From Cetorhinus maximus (lineage: Eukaryota), in NCBI RefSeq assembly GCF_964194155.1, contig NC_135890.1, positions 24,428,001-24,492,000 of the forward strand: a stretch of DNA of 64,000 nt, read 5' to 3'. Each line of letters begins with the position of its first letter. Within the stretch, counting starts at the first letter, position 1. Both the position numbers and the translations under genes were made by a program. Below, piece after piece: positions 1 through 52,769 of this stretch. The notes under the pieces were generated by a model, which ran no database searches, had not been told where the DNA came from, and saw only the letters and a program-made list of their open reading frames with translations.

Positions 1-420
1 TTTAAATGTATTTCCATCCATTGTTTTATCTCTACCTTTTAGCCTATTTTGACCCCTTCCTCCCACCCCATCCCCACTAGGGCTATCTGTACCTTGCTCG
101 TCCTGCTTTCTACCCTTAATGTCACCTATTAACACATTCCTTAGATAATATCACCACTTTCAACACCTCTTGGTCCATGACATCTTTTGGCTATCTCCAC
201 CTATCACTGGCCCTCTATCCAGCACTACCTGTCCCACCCCCCTTAAACCAGCTTATATTTCACCACTTTTCTATTTTTCCTTAGTTCTGTTGAAGAGTCA
301 TACAGACTTGAAACGTTAACTGTGTTCCTCTCCGCAGATGCTGTCAGACCTGCTGAGTTTTTCCAACTATTTTTATTTTTGTTTTGGATTTCCAGCATCC
401 GCAGTTTTTTGCTTTTATCT
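1..420 (+). mobile_element. Penelope-like element (family A) 3' end / pseudo-LTR, truncated by window edge
   Basis: Terminal motif AGTTCTGTTGAAGAGTC-ATACA-GACTTGAAACGTTAACT...CAGATGCTGTCAGACCTGCTGAG; the same terminus ends the PLE with RT/GIY-YIG remnants at 60.7-61.9 kb. Confidence 0.75.
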
Positions 421-1420
421 TCGGGTTTGATTCTTCCTCGCTCAATTAAGGATGCAGGACAAATAATGAGTGACACCTATACCACTGCAACTTTAACACA
501 ACTCTAAATTATGTGGTTCTAAAAAATTAACAGCATCAACTGAGCGTATTGAACAACACTAGTTCAGCTTGCATACAACTCCAGTCTTACCCTACTTGAT
601 TGATACTAGACCTTCAGAAGTAAAAAGCAGCTATTTGGTTGTAATATATCTGGTAACTGGGGCAGGTAACAAATGTCTCACTACATTTTGCCAAATTAAA
701 AAACAATAGAAATGGTCACTAAGCTACTTTCACAGGTTTTTAAGAGTCACCGACAATTGAAATGGCTTGGCAGAAAATATAACAAAAAGTGATAGTTTAA
801 TATCTCTGTCTTAGAATTCCAAATTAGTGCAATTATTCACTATAACTTCCATTGACGGCACATTAGCATCCTAATGACTCACTCCAAGGCCCTAAAATGA
901 TAAGTGCAGACTGAAGTACAAGTATAACTAAAATTGAAACAATTATACGAGTCAGATACACCAACACAAGTGTCCAACGACCTAAGTAATACAAAATCCG
1001 CTTAATAAGCGCACACTGTTGTGAACAGAAAGTCAATCACTTATTCCCTTTTGACCAGGTGATACAAACTTGTTCAGTTTCTACTGGATTCACAATCTTT
1101 AGCCAGATATTATAGTTGTGCAATTTCTCTCATATAAAACTGCTGTCAGATATTGTGTCCACACGTTTCAATTGTGGAGCACTAAGATTGAGAACATATA
1201 AAACAAACATTTCACAAATGAACACCTTTCAGATTTCACGACTGACCCAATGCCTTATTTCTGAGACTCCTGTCAGTGCTAAATTTAGATTTATTTGACT
1301 AAAGGCTGCTACTTTTCATTCAAAGTGTACATGGCTTTTATTTTAATAGATATGTTTTGGGAAGGAGAGGCGTGGAAGTTGATAAACCCGACTGGATTCC
1401 CCGAGGCCCAGGCGCCGTAC

Positions 1421-1570
1421 CTGCTCCTCTAGGTTTCTTTTGTACAGTGCCAGCTCCTCTGTTATTTTGGGGAGCTTCTTTAAGGTTTTCGGGTCATTCC
1501 CGAACTCTTTCTCGACGAACTCGGCCACATACTGCGTTATATCACAGCTCTCCGCACCCTCCGCCGCCAT
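1421..1570 (-). CDS. RINT1: RAD50-interacting protein 1, first coding exon (rest of gene lies left of the window)
   Basis: MAAEGAESCDITQYVAEFVEKEFGNDPKTLKKLPKITEELALYKRNLEEQ resembles human RINT1 [24 protein letters not shown]...LEEQ; phase-0 donor CAG|GTACGG at 1420; good Kozak context; synteny with PUS7/SRPK2. Confidence 0.9.
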
Positions 1571-1720
1571 TACAACGGCATGTCACGTCATCACATCCGG
1601 GCAACCGCACGGTTACCCTGGAGACCGTTACAGGCTGGCTGCATCAACTAGGCCTCATCCATGCAATTTTGGGGGCGGGGCGGGAGACTTCAGGACGGAA
1701 CGTGCCGGAAACGCTCAATC
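1560..1720 (-). promoter_or_regulatory. RINT1 CpG-rich TATA-less promoter
   Basis: YY1-like ATGGCGGC at the start codon, CRE/E-box TCACGTCA 1583-1590, RFX X-box-like GTTACCCTGGAGAC 1612-1625, GC box GGGGCGGGGC ~1672-1681, ETS CCGGAA 1705-1710. Confidence 0.75.
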
Positions 1721-2059
1721 AGCATCAGTGGGGAGGGAATAATATTTCAGGCCATTGACCTTTCAATATTTTTGGGAATGTCCTGTCCCACTGGCATGAC
1801 AGACCTAACAAAGCTAGCTGTTTCACGTACTAGCGATGTGGTGTATCTTATCTAAAGGAATGGTAGCCTGCCTGAGGTAGTTACTTCAAACTGGTTTATT
1901 TACACTATAGACAGTGTGTGCAAGGTGGGCTACTGAGTCGGCACATCTCCCCTGAGTGCTGCTTGTTCGGCCTGCTGTAGCATGATTGCTAATGTCACTG
2001 TTACATCATGGCCTACATCACTCATTACTATAACTATTCTATTAACCCATTACAATGCA

Positions 2060-5000
2060 GTGGCAGCAGAGTGGTATACATTCAGGAGGGAGTTTCCTTT
2101 AAACTTTGTCCTTGGTTTTACAGCTGACCTGAATTAGGGGCTGTGCTTAATTTCTCCCTTGTTATTGTTAATTTAGTTAATTGTTTTGACTCAAAAAGAG
2201 TTACATTCAGGAGGGAGCTGCCCTGGGAATCTTCATGGCATCTCATAGCGTCAGGTCAAACATAGCCAAGGAAACCTCTTAGATAAAAACAAAAAACTAC
2301 TGCGGATACTGGAAATCCAAAACAAAAACAGAATTACCTGGAAAAACTCAGCAGGTCCGGCAGCATCAGCGGAGAAGAAAAGAGTTGACGTTTCGAGTCC
2401 TCATGACCCTTCAGCAGAACTGAATGAAGTTAGGAGAGGGGTGTATATTTCACCCCTCTCCTAACTTCACTCAGTTCTGCTGAAGGGTCATGAGGACTCA
2501 AAACATCAACTCTTTTCTTCTCCGCCGACGCTGCCAGACCTGCTGACTTTTTCCATGGAAACCTACTTGTTGATTACCACCCTCTCTGAGCTGATAAATC
2601 AGTACTCCACCATGTGGGGCACCACTCGAAAGAGGCCCTGAGGGAAGCAAGGACACAGATTATGACCCTGGTTGGGGGACTTCAATGTCCATCACCAGTA
2701 ATGGCTCAGTAGTACTACCACTGACAGTTCTGAAGGATGTAGCTGCTTGATTATGCCTGTAGCAGGTGCTGATGAACCAAGACAAGGGTATAACCTACTT
2801 AACCTTATCTTCATCAATCTACCTATTGCAGATGCATCTGTCCAAGAGAGTATTGGTAGGAATGACCATTGCACAGAACTTAGTAGAGGTGAAGCCCCAT
2901 CTTCACATTGAGGACACACTCCATTGTGTTGTGTGGCATAACCTCTGTGCTAAATGCAATAGAATCAGAACACACCTAGCAACTCAAAACTGGGAATCCA
3001 TGAGACTCTATGGGCCATCAATAACTGTAGAATTGTATTTCAGCACAATCTGTAACTGCATGGTCCACATATTCCCTCACTCTACCATTATTATCAAGCC
3101 AGCTATATAACCAGCCGTATCAATGAGGACTGTAGAAGTGCATGCCAGGAGCATTCTACAACATAGGATTATCTGCATGCTATAGATAGAGCTAAGCGAT
3201 CCTAGACCAATGAATCGGATCAAAGCTCTGCAGTCTGCCATGTCCAGTCATGAAAGTTTGTGGACAGGTTATAAACTAATTGGAGGAGGAGGGTCTATGA
3301 ACAGCCCTATTCTCAGTGATGGGGAGCCCAGTAAAAATCAAGGTGGAAGCATTTGCAACCATCTTCAGCCAGAAGTGCCAAGTGGATGAACCATCTCCGC
3401 TTTCTCTTGAGATCCCCACCATTGCAGAAGCCAGTCTTCAGCCAATTCAATTCACTCCATGTGATATAAAGAAACAGCTGAGCACGTTGGATACAGCAAA
3501 GGCCATGTGCCCTGACAACACTTTGGCTGTAGTGCTGAAGACTTGTGCTCCGGAAGTAGCCACACTTCTAGCCAAACTGTTGCTGTACAGCTATAATACT
3601 GGCATCTACCTGACAAAGTTGAAAATTGGCCAGGTATGTCCTACCCACAAAAAGCGGGACAAACCCAATCTGGCCAATGATCAACCCATTAGTCTACTCC
3701 CAATCATCAGCGAAGTGATGGAAGATGCTCTCAAACAGCACTTACCAGTAATCTGCTCCTAATACTCACTTTTGGTTTCACCAGGACCACTTTTCTCCAG
3801 ACAGAGCCTTGGACCAAATATGGAGCTGAATTCCAGGACTGAGGTGAGAGTGTCTGCCCTTGGCATCAAGGCAACATTTGATCAAATATGGCATTAAAGA
3901 GCCCTAGTAAAATTGAAGTTGGAACCAAGGAGAAAACTCCCCACTGGATAGAATCATACCTAGCATAAAGGAATATGGTTGTGGTTATTGCAGGCCAATC
4001 ATCTCAGCCCCAGAACACTACCGCAATCCAATTCCTTAGTGTCCTAAGCTCAACCATCTTCAGCTGCTTCATCAATGACCTTCCTCCATCATAAGGTAAG
4101 AAGTGGGAATGTTCGCTGATGATTGCACAGTGTTCAGTATTTTTCACAATTCCTCATATAACAAAGCAAAACTCGAGCTAATGAGTTCAAATAACATTCA
4201 TCCAACATGCCAGATAATGATCATCTCTCCTTGATATTCAAAGTTATTACCATTGCAGAAACCCCCTCCTTTATCTTCCTGGGGATCACCATGACAAGAA
4301 ACTTAACTGGATCAACCACGAAAATACTTTGGCTACGAGAGCGAGTCAGAGACTGGGAATTCTGTGGTAACTCACCTCCTGACCCCTCAAAGCCTTTCCA
4401 CCGTATTCAAGGCAAAAGCCAGGAGTGTGATGGAATACTCTCATGACAGGAAAAGTGCAGATCCTACAACACTCATGAGGCTCAAGACCATCCAAGAGCA
4501 AGCAGCCTGCTTGATTAAGCACCCCAACCACCACCTTGAGCATTAATTCACTCCACTACTGACACACCATGTCTGCACTACGTATCACACAATGCACTAC
4601 AGCAACTCTCCAAAGTTTCTTTGACAGTACATCCAAAACCTACGATCTCGAGAAGAACAAAAGGATCAGTGCATGGGACATTACCAACTTCAAGTTTCCC
4701 TCTAAATCACACACCATCCTTAGGAACATATCACCATTGCTTCATTGTCATTGGGTCAACATCCTGGAACTCTGTACCTAACACCAGTGTGGGAGTACCT
4801 TCACCTCATGGACTGCACACCACCTTCTCAAGAGTAACTAGGGATAGGCAATAAACATTTCACTGTTCCTTCACTATCATTGGGTCAAAATCTTGGAACT
4901 CCCTTCCTAACAGCATTGTGGGTGCACCTACACCACATAGCCTGTAGCGGTTCAAGAAGATGGCTCACCACCACCTTCAGAAGGGTAATTAGGGATGGGC

Positions 5001-5100
5001 AATAAATGCTGGCCTAGCCAGCGACTCCCAGACCCCATGAAAAGAATTTTTAAAAACTGGCCTTGTCTGCGATCCACACATCCTGATTGAATGAATAAAA
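2060..5100 (+). mobile_element. Decayed LINE (CR1-superfamily, Zenon-like) APE-RT, interrupted by insertions at 2093-2201 and 2284-2555 and by a younger tail copy at 4861-5050
   Basis: Frameshifted ORF2 peptides (LQPIQFTPCDIKKQL, VCPTHKKRDKPN..PISLLPIISEVME, FADD, KARSVMEY); 3' tail AGGGATGGGCAATAAATGCTGGCC. Confidence 0.8.
2284..2555. mobile_element. Fold-back pair of Penelope-like pseudo-LTR ends (family A)
   Basis: Arms 2339-2443 and 2451-2555 are near-perfect reverse complements with a 7-nt loop; flanked by duplicated GGAAACCT (2270-2277, 2557-2564). Confidence 0.8.
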
Positions 5101-5345
5101 AAGCCTAGGAGAATCAGGCAGAATATAGCAAGTTCAGAGGCAAATTGAAAAAGGAAACGAGAGAGGCAAATACAGAGTATGATAAGAGACTGGCAGCTAA
5201 CATGAAAGAGAATCTAAAAATCTTCTGTAAACATGTAAATAGTTATAAAGTAGCAAGAGGAGTGGTGGGGTCAATTAGGGACAAAAGCAATTATGCATTG
5301 AGGCAGAGGGTATAGCTGAGGTGCTAAGCAATTTGCACCTATTTT
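5100..5345 (+). mobile_element. CR1 ORF2 internal fragment
   Basis: Reads as YDKRLAANMKENLKIFCKHVNS, the CR1 EN-RT linker. Confidence 0.6.
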
Positions 5346-5460
5346 CTTCAAAGAAGTCACATTGGACTCAAACATTAACTCTGGTTCTTTCTCCACGGAT
5401 GCTGCCAGATCTACTGAGTATTTTCAGCACTTTGTTTTATACCAAATTTTCTGCTTCATT
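5346..5460 (+). mobile_element. Penelope-like pseudo-LTR tail fragment (family A)
   Basis: CTCCACGGATGCTGCCAGATCTACTGAGTATTTTCAGCA matches 330-400. Confidence 0.6.
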
Positions 5461-5509
5461 TCCATCCCTACAGAAGTGAATCCAAATACTCGGTTTGCTT
5501 TTTACTTTT

Positions 5510-6470
5510 TAAAAATTCTTTCATGGGATGTGGATGTCACTGGCAAGGTCAGCATTTGTTGTCCATCCCTAATTGCCCTTGAGGTGGTGGTGAGCTGCCT
5601 TCTTGAACCGCTGTAGCTTATCTGGTGTAGGTAAACCCACAGCGCTGCTGGGAAGTGAATTCCAGGATTTTGATCCCACGACAGTGAAGGAACAGTGATA
5701 TAGTTCCAAGTCAGGATGGTGTATGTTGCTTTGAGGAGAACTTGCAGGCGGTGGTGTTCTTATGCATCTGTTGCCTTGTCCTTCTGGGTGGTAGAGGTCA
5801 CGGGTTTGGAAGGTGCTGTTGAAGGAGCTTCGGTAAGTTGCTGCAGTGCATGTTTTATATGGTACACACTGCTGCCACTGTGCATCGGTGGTGGAGGAAG
5901 TGAACTTGTAAGTTGGTGGATGGACAGCCAATTAAGTGGATTGCTTTGTCTTGGATGATGTCGAGCTTCTTGAGTGTTGTTGGAGCTGCACTCAACCAGG
6001 TAAGGGAAGAGTATTCTATTGCACTCTTGACTTGTGCCTTGTAGGTGCTGAACAGGCGTTGAAAGTCAAGAGGTGAGTTATTTCCCTCAGAATTCCCAGC
6101 CTCTGACCTGCTCTTGTAACCACAGTATTTATATAGCTGATCCAGTTCAGTTTCTGGTCAATGGTAACCCCCAGAATGTTGATAATGGAGGGAATTCAGC
6201 AATGGTAATGCCATTGAATGTCAAGGGAGAGTTGGTGAGATCTGTCTTGTTGGAGATAGTCATTGCCTGGCACTTGTGTGGCATGAATGTTACTTGCTAC
6301 TTGCCAGTCCAAGCCTGAATATGTTCCAGGTTTTGCTGCATATTGACACAGCATGCTTCAATACCTGAGGAGCTGCAAATGGTACTGAACATTGTGCAAT
6401 CATCAGTGAACATCCCCACTTCTGACCTTATGAAGGAAGGCCAGTCATTGATGAAGCAGTTGAAGATGAA
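5510..6470 (-). mobile_element. Zenon-like LINE 3' fragment
   Basis: High similarity to 16840-17790 and reverse complement of 4060-5040. Confidence 0.8.
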
Positions 6471-6933
6471 TGGTGGATCTGAATAACGTATTAAATAAAA
6501 TTACCTTACCCCATCTGGGTTAATTCTCAGGCAGCAAATAATGCAGTGATATTTCAACATAAGTACTATTTAAGATATTAGCTTCAATCTTCTGAGTTAA
6601 CTGACAAGGAGGGTTCTGGGTATCAGAACCTAAGTTTTGAGGAAGGTAAAAGGAGCAGGAGGAAGCCTAATGAGCTTTTTGAAGATTATGATGAAAATTA
6701 AAATTTGATTTAGACAAATTGTCAAAGTAGCAAAGAGTTCAAGTAACAAGATACAAATATTAAAAAATAGGGATGTTATTTAGGAAAACAACTCCAGGGG
6801 GCAATATAAGTTCATCAATTAGATGCACTTCTGGAGATAGATTGGATCAAGGATCTGTTGAAAATGTGGGGTTTATCCATTGAAAAGAGTTAGGCCTTCT
6901 GACATTACTAATAATTCATAGGTTCCCAAAATG

Positions 6934-7220
6934 GAGTATTGCTGAAAAGAGAGACATTTTTTGGTGAAGCTTTTCATCTTGCACCCATCAGGTTAGTTCA
7001 CAAGAAAATACCAATGTCAGTGGAAACAACATACTTATACTGTATGAGAAGAGTGTTGATTGGTTGGCAGTTGGATTCTGATTGGTAGAGGCGCTGCCAT
7101 GGAGAATGCACCAGTTGATGGTGAGACGGTTAACTTCCAAGCATTATTTGAAATTTAAACCAGGCAGCTTGACTCTCGTTGGTCAAGACATTACCTTGGG
7201 GAATGAACCGGCAATTTGCC
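6934..7220 (-). mobile_element. Solo Penelope-like pseudo-LTR (family B)
   Basis: Colinear with 62753-63030. Confidence 0.75.
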
Positions 7221-7419
7221 AGAGAAAACTCAGTACTGCGCTTAAGAAACATTTCAGCACAGTGCATCAAGGGAAATAAATCGGGGCTCTACCTCCAGAA
7301 ATAGCCCATTTTAAAAAAAAACCTGTTGAGCATCAGATATGCTCTTTGTAACATAATAATTTGCCACTACACTTCAAGGTGCCTCATACACATTTTCCAC
7401 ATTTACTGCATTCATCTCA

Positions 7420-8650
7420 CCGCTCACTCTTTGTCAATTACCCTAGATTTGTCTCTTCTGGTTACTGACCTATCATGAGACAGTTTCTCCTGTTTCACTC
7501 TATCAAAACTGTTAGTGAATTTGAATATCTCTATTAAATCTCTCTTAACCTTCGCTGCTCTCAAAAGAACAATGCCAGCTTCTCTGGTATCTCCACATAA
7601 CTGAAATCCCACATCCCTGGTACCATTCTAATAAATCTCCTCTGTAGCCTTCCCAAAGCCTTGACATCCTTTCTAAAGTGTGGTGAGCAGAATTGTCCAC
7701 CAGATGCAGCAGGGGTTTAACCAGTGTTTCATAAAGTTTTCACATAACTTGCTTTGTACGCGGTTTCTATTTATAAAGTGTTATGACTGCTGGACTTTAT
7801 AAGACAGCAGTGTTTTAAACTGTCTCCTTTAATTCAAGATAAAGTGGAATAGTTTGGAGAGGGTGATGTCACCTCCTACTAAATCTGGCTGGAGACAAAC
7901 TCATGTGATCTGCTTGTTATGGAGACAGAAATTCAAATCGAAACTTATTCAAAGGAAGATGCAAGTTGTAACACCTTGATACAAAGGAGGCAGCAGCTGG
8001 TTGTGGTGCTGCCCAGATTCTCAGAGTCAGTCAGAAAAAGAGATTTAGGGGAAAAGACTTACAACAAGTGTTGCTAGACAGGAAAAGGGGTTAACTACCA
8101 AGCAGACCGCTGGTCAGGATGGATTCCTGGTTCAAAGAAATGAGGCTTGTGAAGAGTTAAAGACATTGGAATCACCAGAGAGTACCCCGTTACCAGAAGT
8201 CAATTTGATAATGCTCAAAGGGTGCGTGAAGGGGACTTTGTTTAAAAGGACACGAAGATTCACCTGGTGGGGCAGGGAGAAGAGATTCTGTTAAAGATGG
8301 GAGGAGTTTGGGACTTTAAACACAAGACTACATTTCTGCTGAGATTGCAGTATAATGTATAAAGGTGGTGGGGTTTTCATTTGTAAGTTAATAGGAAATA
8401 CCTTTTCAGTAGTTTACTGTATTAGTTGGCTACTAAGTAATGTTCAGTCTTTGTTGATTTTAGTGCGTTTGTTACAGTAAAAGTCTTGAAATGTGAAATT
8501 GTGTGATCCTTTGAAGTGGTCACTGGGAAATTCATCTCTTAAGTTATCAGTTTCTATGAAGATGTTAACAAAAGCCAAGGATCCTGTGAGCCTTTTAAAC
8601 AGCCTTCTCAACTTGTCCTGCCACCTTCGAAGATTTATGTACACCCTCCA
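7420..8650 (-). mobile_element. CR1 3' fragment split by a solo LTR
   Basis: CR1 peptides (KRDLIEIFKF..FDRV) at 7420-7778 resume at 8571. Confidence 0.7.
7779..8570. mobile_element. Solo LTR (probably Gypsy), 792 bp
   Basis: TGTTA...TAACA termini and 4-bp TSD AAAG (7775-7778, 8571-8574) that restores the CR1. Confidence 0.8.
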
Positions 8651-8895
8651 GAGGTTTAGAAATTTAAGGAAGAGTCAGAGTTTTGTGGAATTTGTTAGAG
8701 AAAAGCAGATGATATTTGAAAGGTGGTATAGGTCTATGAAGATTGAACAAGATTTTGAAAACCCTTAAGAGGTGATGCCAGTGCAAGAGTTTAAAAAAAG
8801 TGTCTCTTTCTGAATAAGGTCCCACCTGGAAGACCATAAAGCTTCTAAGATGAGGCTACAATAATGGTAGATGATTATGAATTGTCTCACAAGCA
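8648..8895 (+). mobile_element. Gypsy gag remnant (SCAN-like, Gmr1-type)
   Basis: QRFRNLRKSQSFVEFVREKQMIFERWYRS..DFENP*..QEFK, then DDYELSHK after disruptions; resembles fish Gypsy gag from memory. Confidence 0.6.
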
Positions 8896-9167
8896 TGTTA
8901 GAAGCACTTGGGTCACTCTTATACAAACTCTTAGTGGCCAGCTGTAGAAAACTGTTGGGTGAGACTAGTTAGTAAGCTACTGGAATATTCCAAAATTGTT
9001 TTCTCTTTTCTCAGATTTGCTTTTGTCGTTCAAACTCCAAACTTCAGATGACTTGAAGGTATTTTTCTTATACCATGTTTAAAACTGCTACAGAAAATAT
9101 TACCACTGCACAAAAACAAAATAAAATGCAAGAAAAAGCAAGGTGTGTGTATAATACCAAAGATATG

Positions 9168-9173
9168 TTTATT
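9168..9173 (-). terminator. Probable PUS7 poly(A) signal
   Basis: AATAAA ~235 nt after the stop codon, followed on the minus strand by a U-rich downstream element (9110-9140). Confidence 0.6.
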
Positions 9174-9407
9174 GGTCAATTTTGTCATAACACCCTTTAA
9201 AGTCATCATTAACTTCCACAAACCTCCGAAAAATAAAATCAACCCTGCAATGTTAAAACTTAATCTTAAAATAATTATTTTGCTTATGTGAATGAAATGA
9301 AAGTAGCATTTTGCTTGAACATTTCAGTAGCTGTTACAAAACAATACTGACTCATTTGAAACATACCACATTCCATTTTTCTAAAGATTCTCAGAACATT
9401 TAACAGG

Positions 9408-51711
<42,304 letters not shown>

Positions 51712-52769
51712 CGTTCAAGAGTGTGTAGATGCAACTATTTTTTTCAAAGTCAGTCCATATCTTTGTTAACTGACAGACCTTTATGGGCACATGACCAAAT
51801 ATCTTTCTGAAAGCTAGGTTAAGTTCCAAAATCCTAAAGAATAAAAAAATTCAGTCAAAAATCCAACATTTTAATTAGTTTACAACAAGGATATGGAATA
51901 TTTCCTGGCTTAAAATTCTGAAATCAGATTTATGTCTCCTCTAAAAAATATCCATAATAGTAACTGAAGATTGCATAACAGTCTAAGGGATAATGCATGG
52001 TATTGAAGGAAATTAATAGTTCATGAGCGTGTATATTTTAATAATCCCAACTTCATAGTGCAAAGACATTGCTGCTGAAGCACCTACCCATAGCACCACA
52101 TTGTGCAAAGATAAAGGTTCAAGCCCTATGGATTGAGTGTTTAACTTCACTTACACTTCACAGGCAGATGTCTTTTAATAAAGCATTTTTAAAGTCAGAA
52201 TGGATTTTCTCAAGACATTACCATTAGCTTCTAGGCAATGAGCAAATAGCATTTTTTTTCAATGAGCAAGTGATCAAACTTGGATAGGCAGCTTTGTAAG
52301 CAAATATAGCACCTGCGAGTCTGCTGTCTCCAGCAATCCATGCAGCCATTTTGTCATGGTAGAATATTGTTGCCTTAACTGTCCTTATAAAAGCTTCCCA
52401 CTAGCTGAACCTAATATGCTGATTGTAAATAGGTGTTTCTAAATTAATAGGTCCTAAAATGACAAATTGGTTTGTGAAAGATTCAGTAACACACACATGA
52501 CCTCTTCCTGATTCAAATACAGGGTTTCCCCATCCCATATCTAACCCAGAAGTCCTTCTACTAATTTAACCCTACACTATTTCTAACCTCACCATGACCT
52601 TCAATCAACTATATCCATGCATTAATACCAAAAAGTAATTACAATCCAATAAACATCTTAATTTCACATTATAAGTAATCTGTCTGTGAACTAAATAGGG
52701 CTGAATATATGTTACACTTATATCTAACCTCTCTGTAAAATAATGATTTCTTATATTCACAGCATGATG

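Noticed and set aside
1357-1758. 133-aa and 100-aa plus-strand ORFs over the RINT1 exon and promoter
   Set aside because: Antisense shadows of a GC-rich region; no recognisable protein
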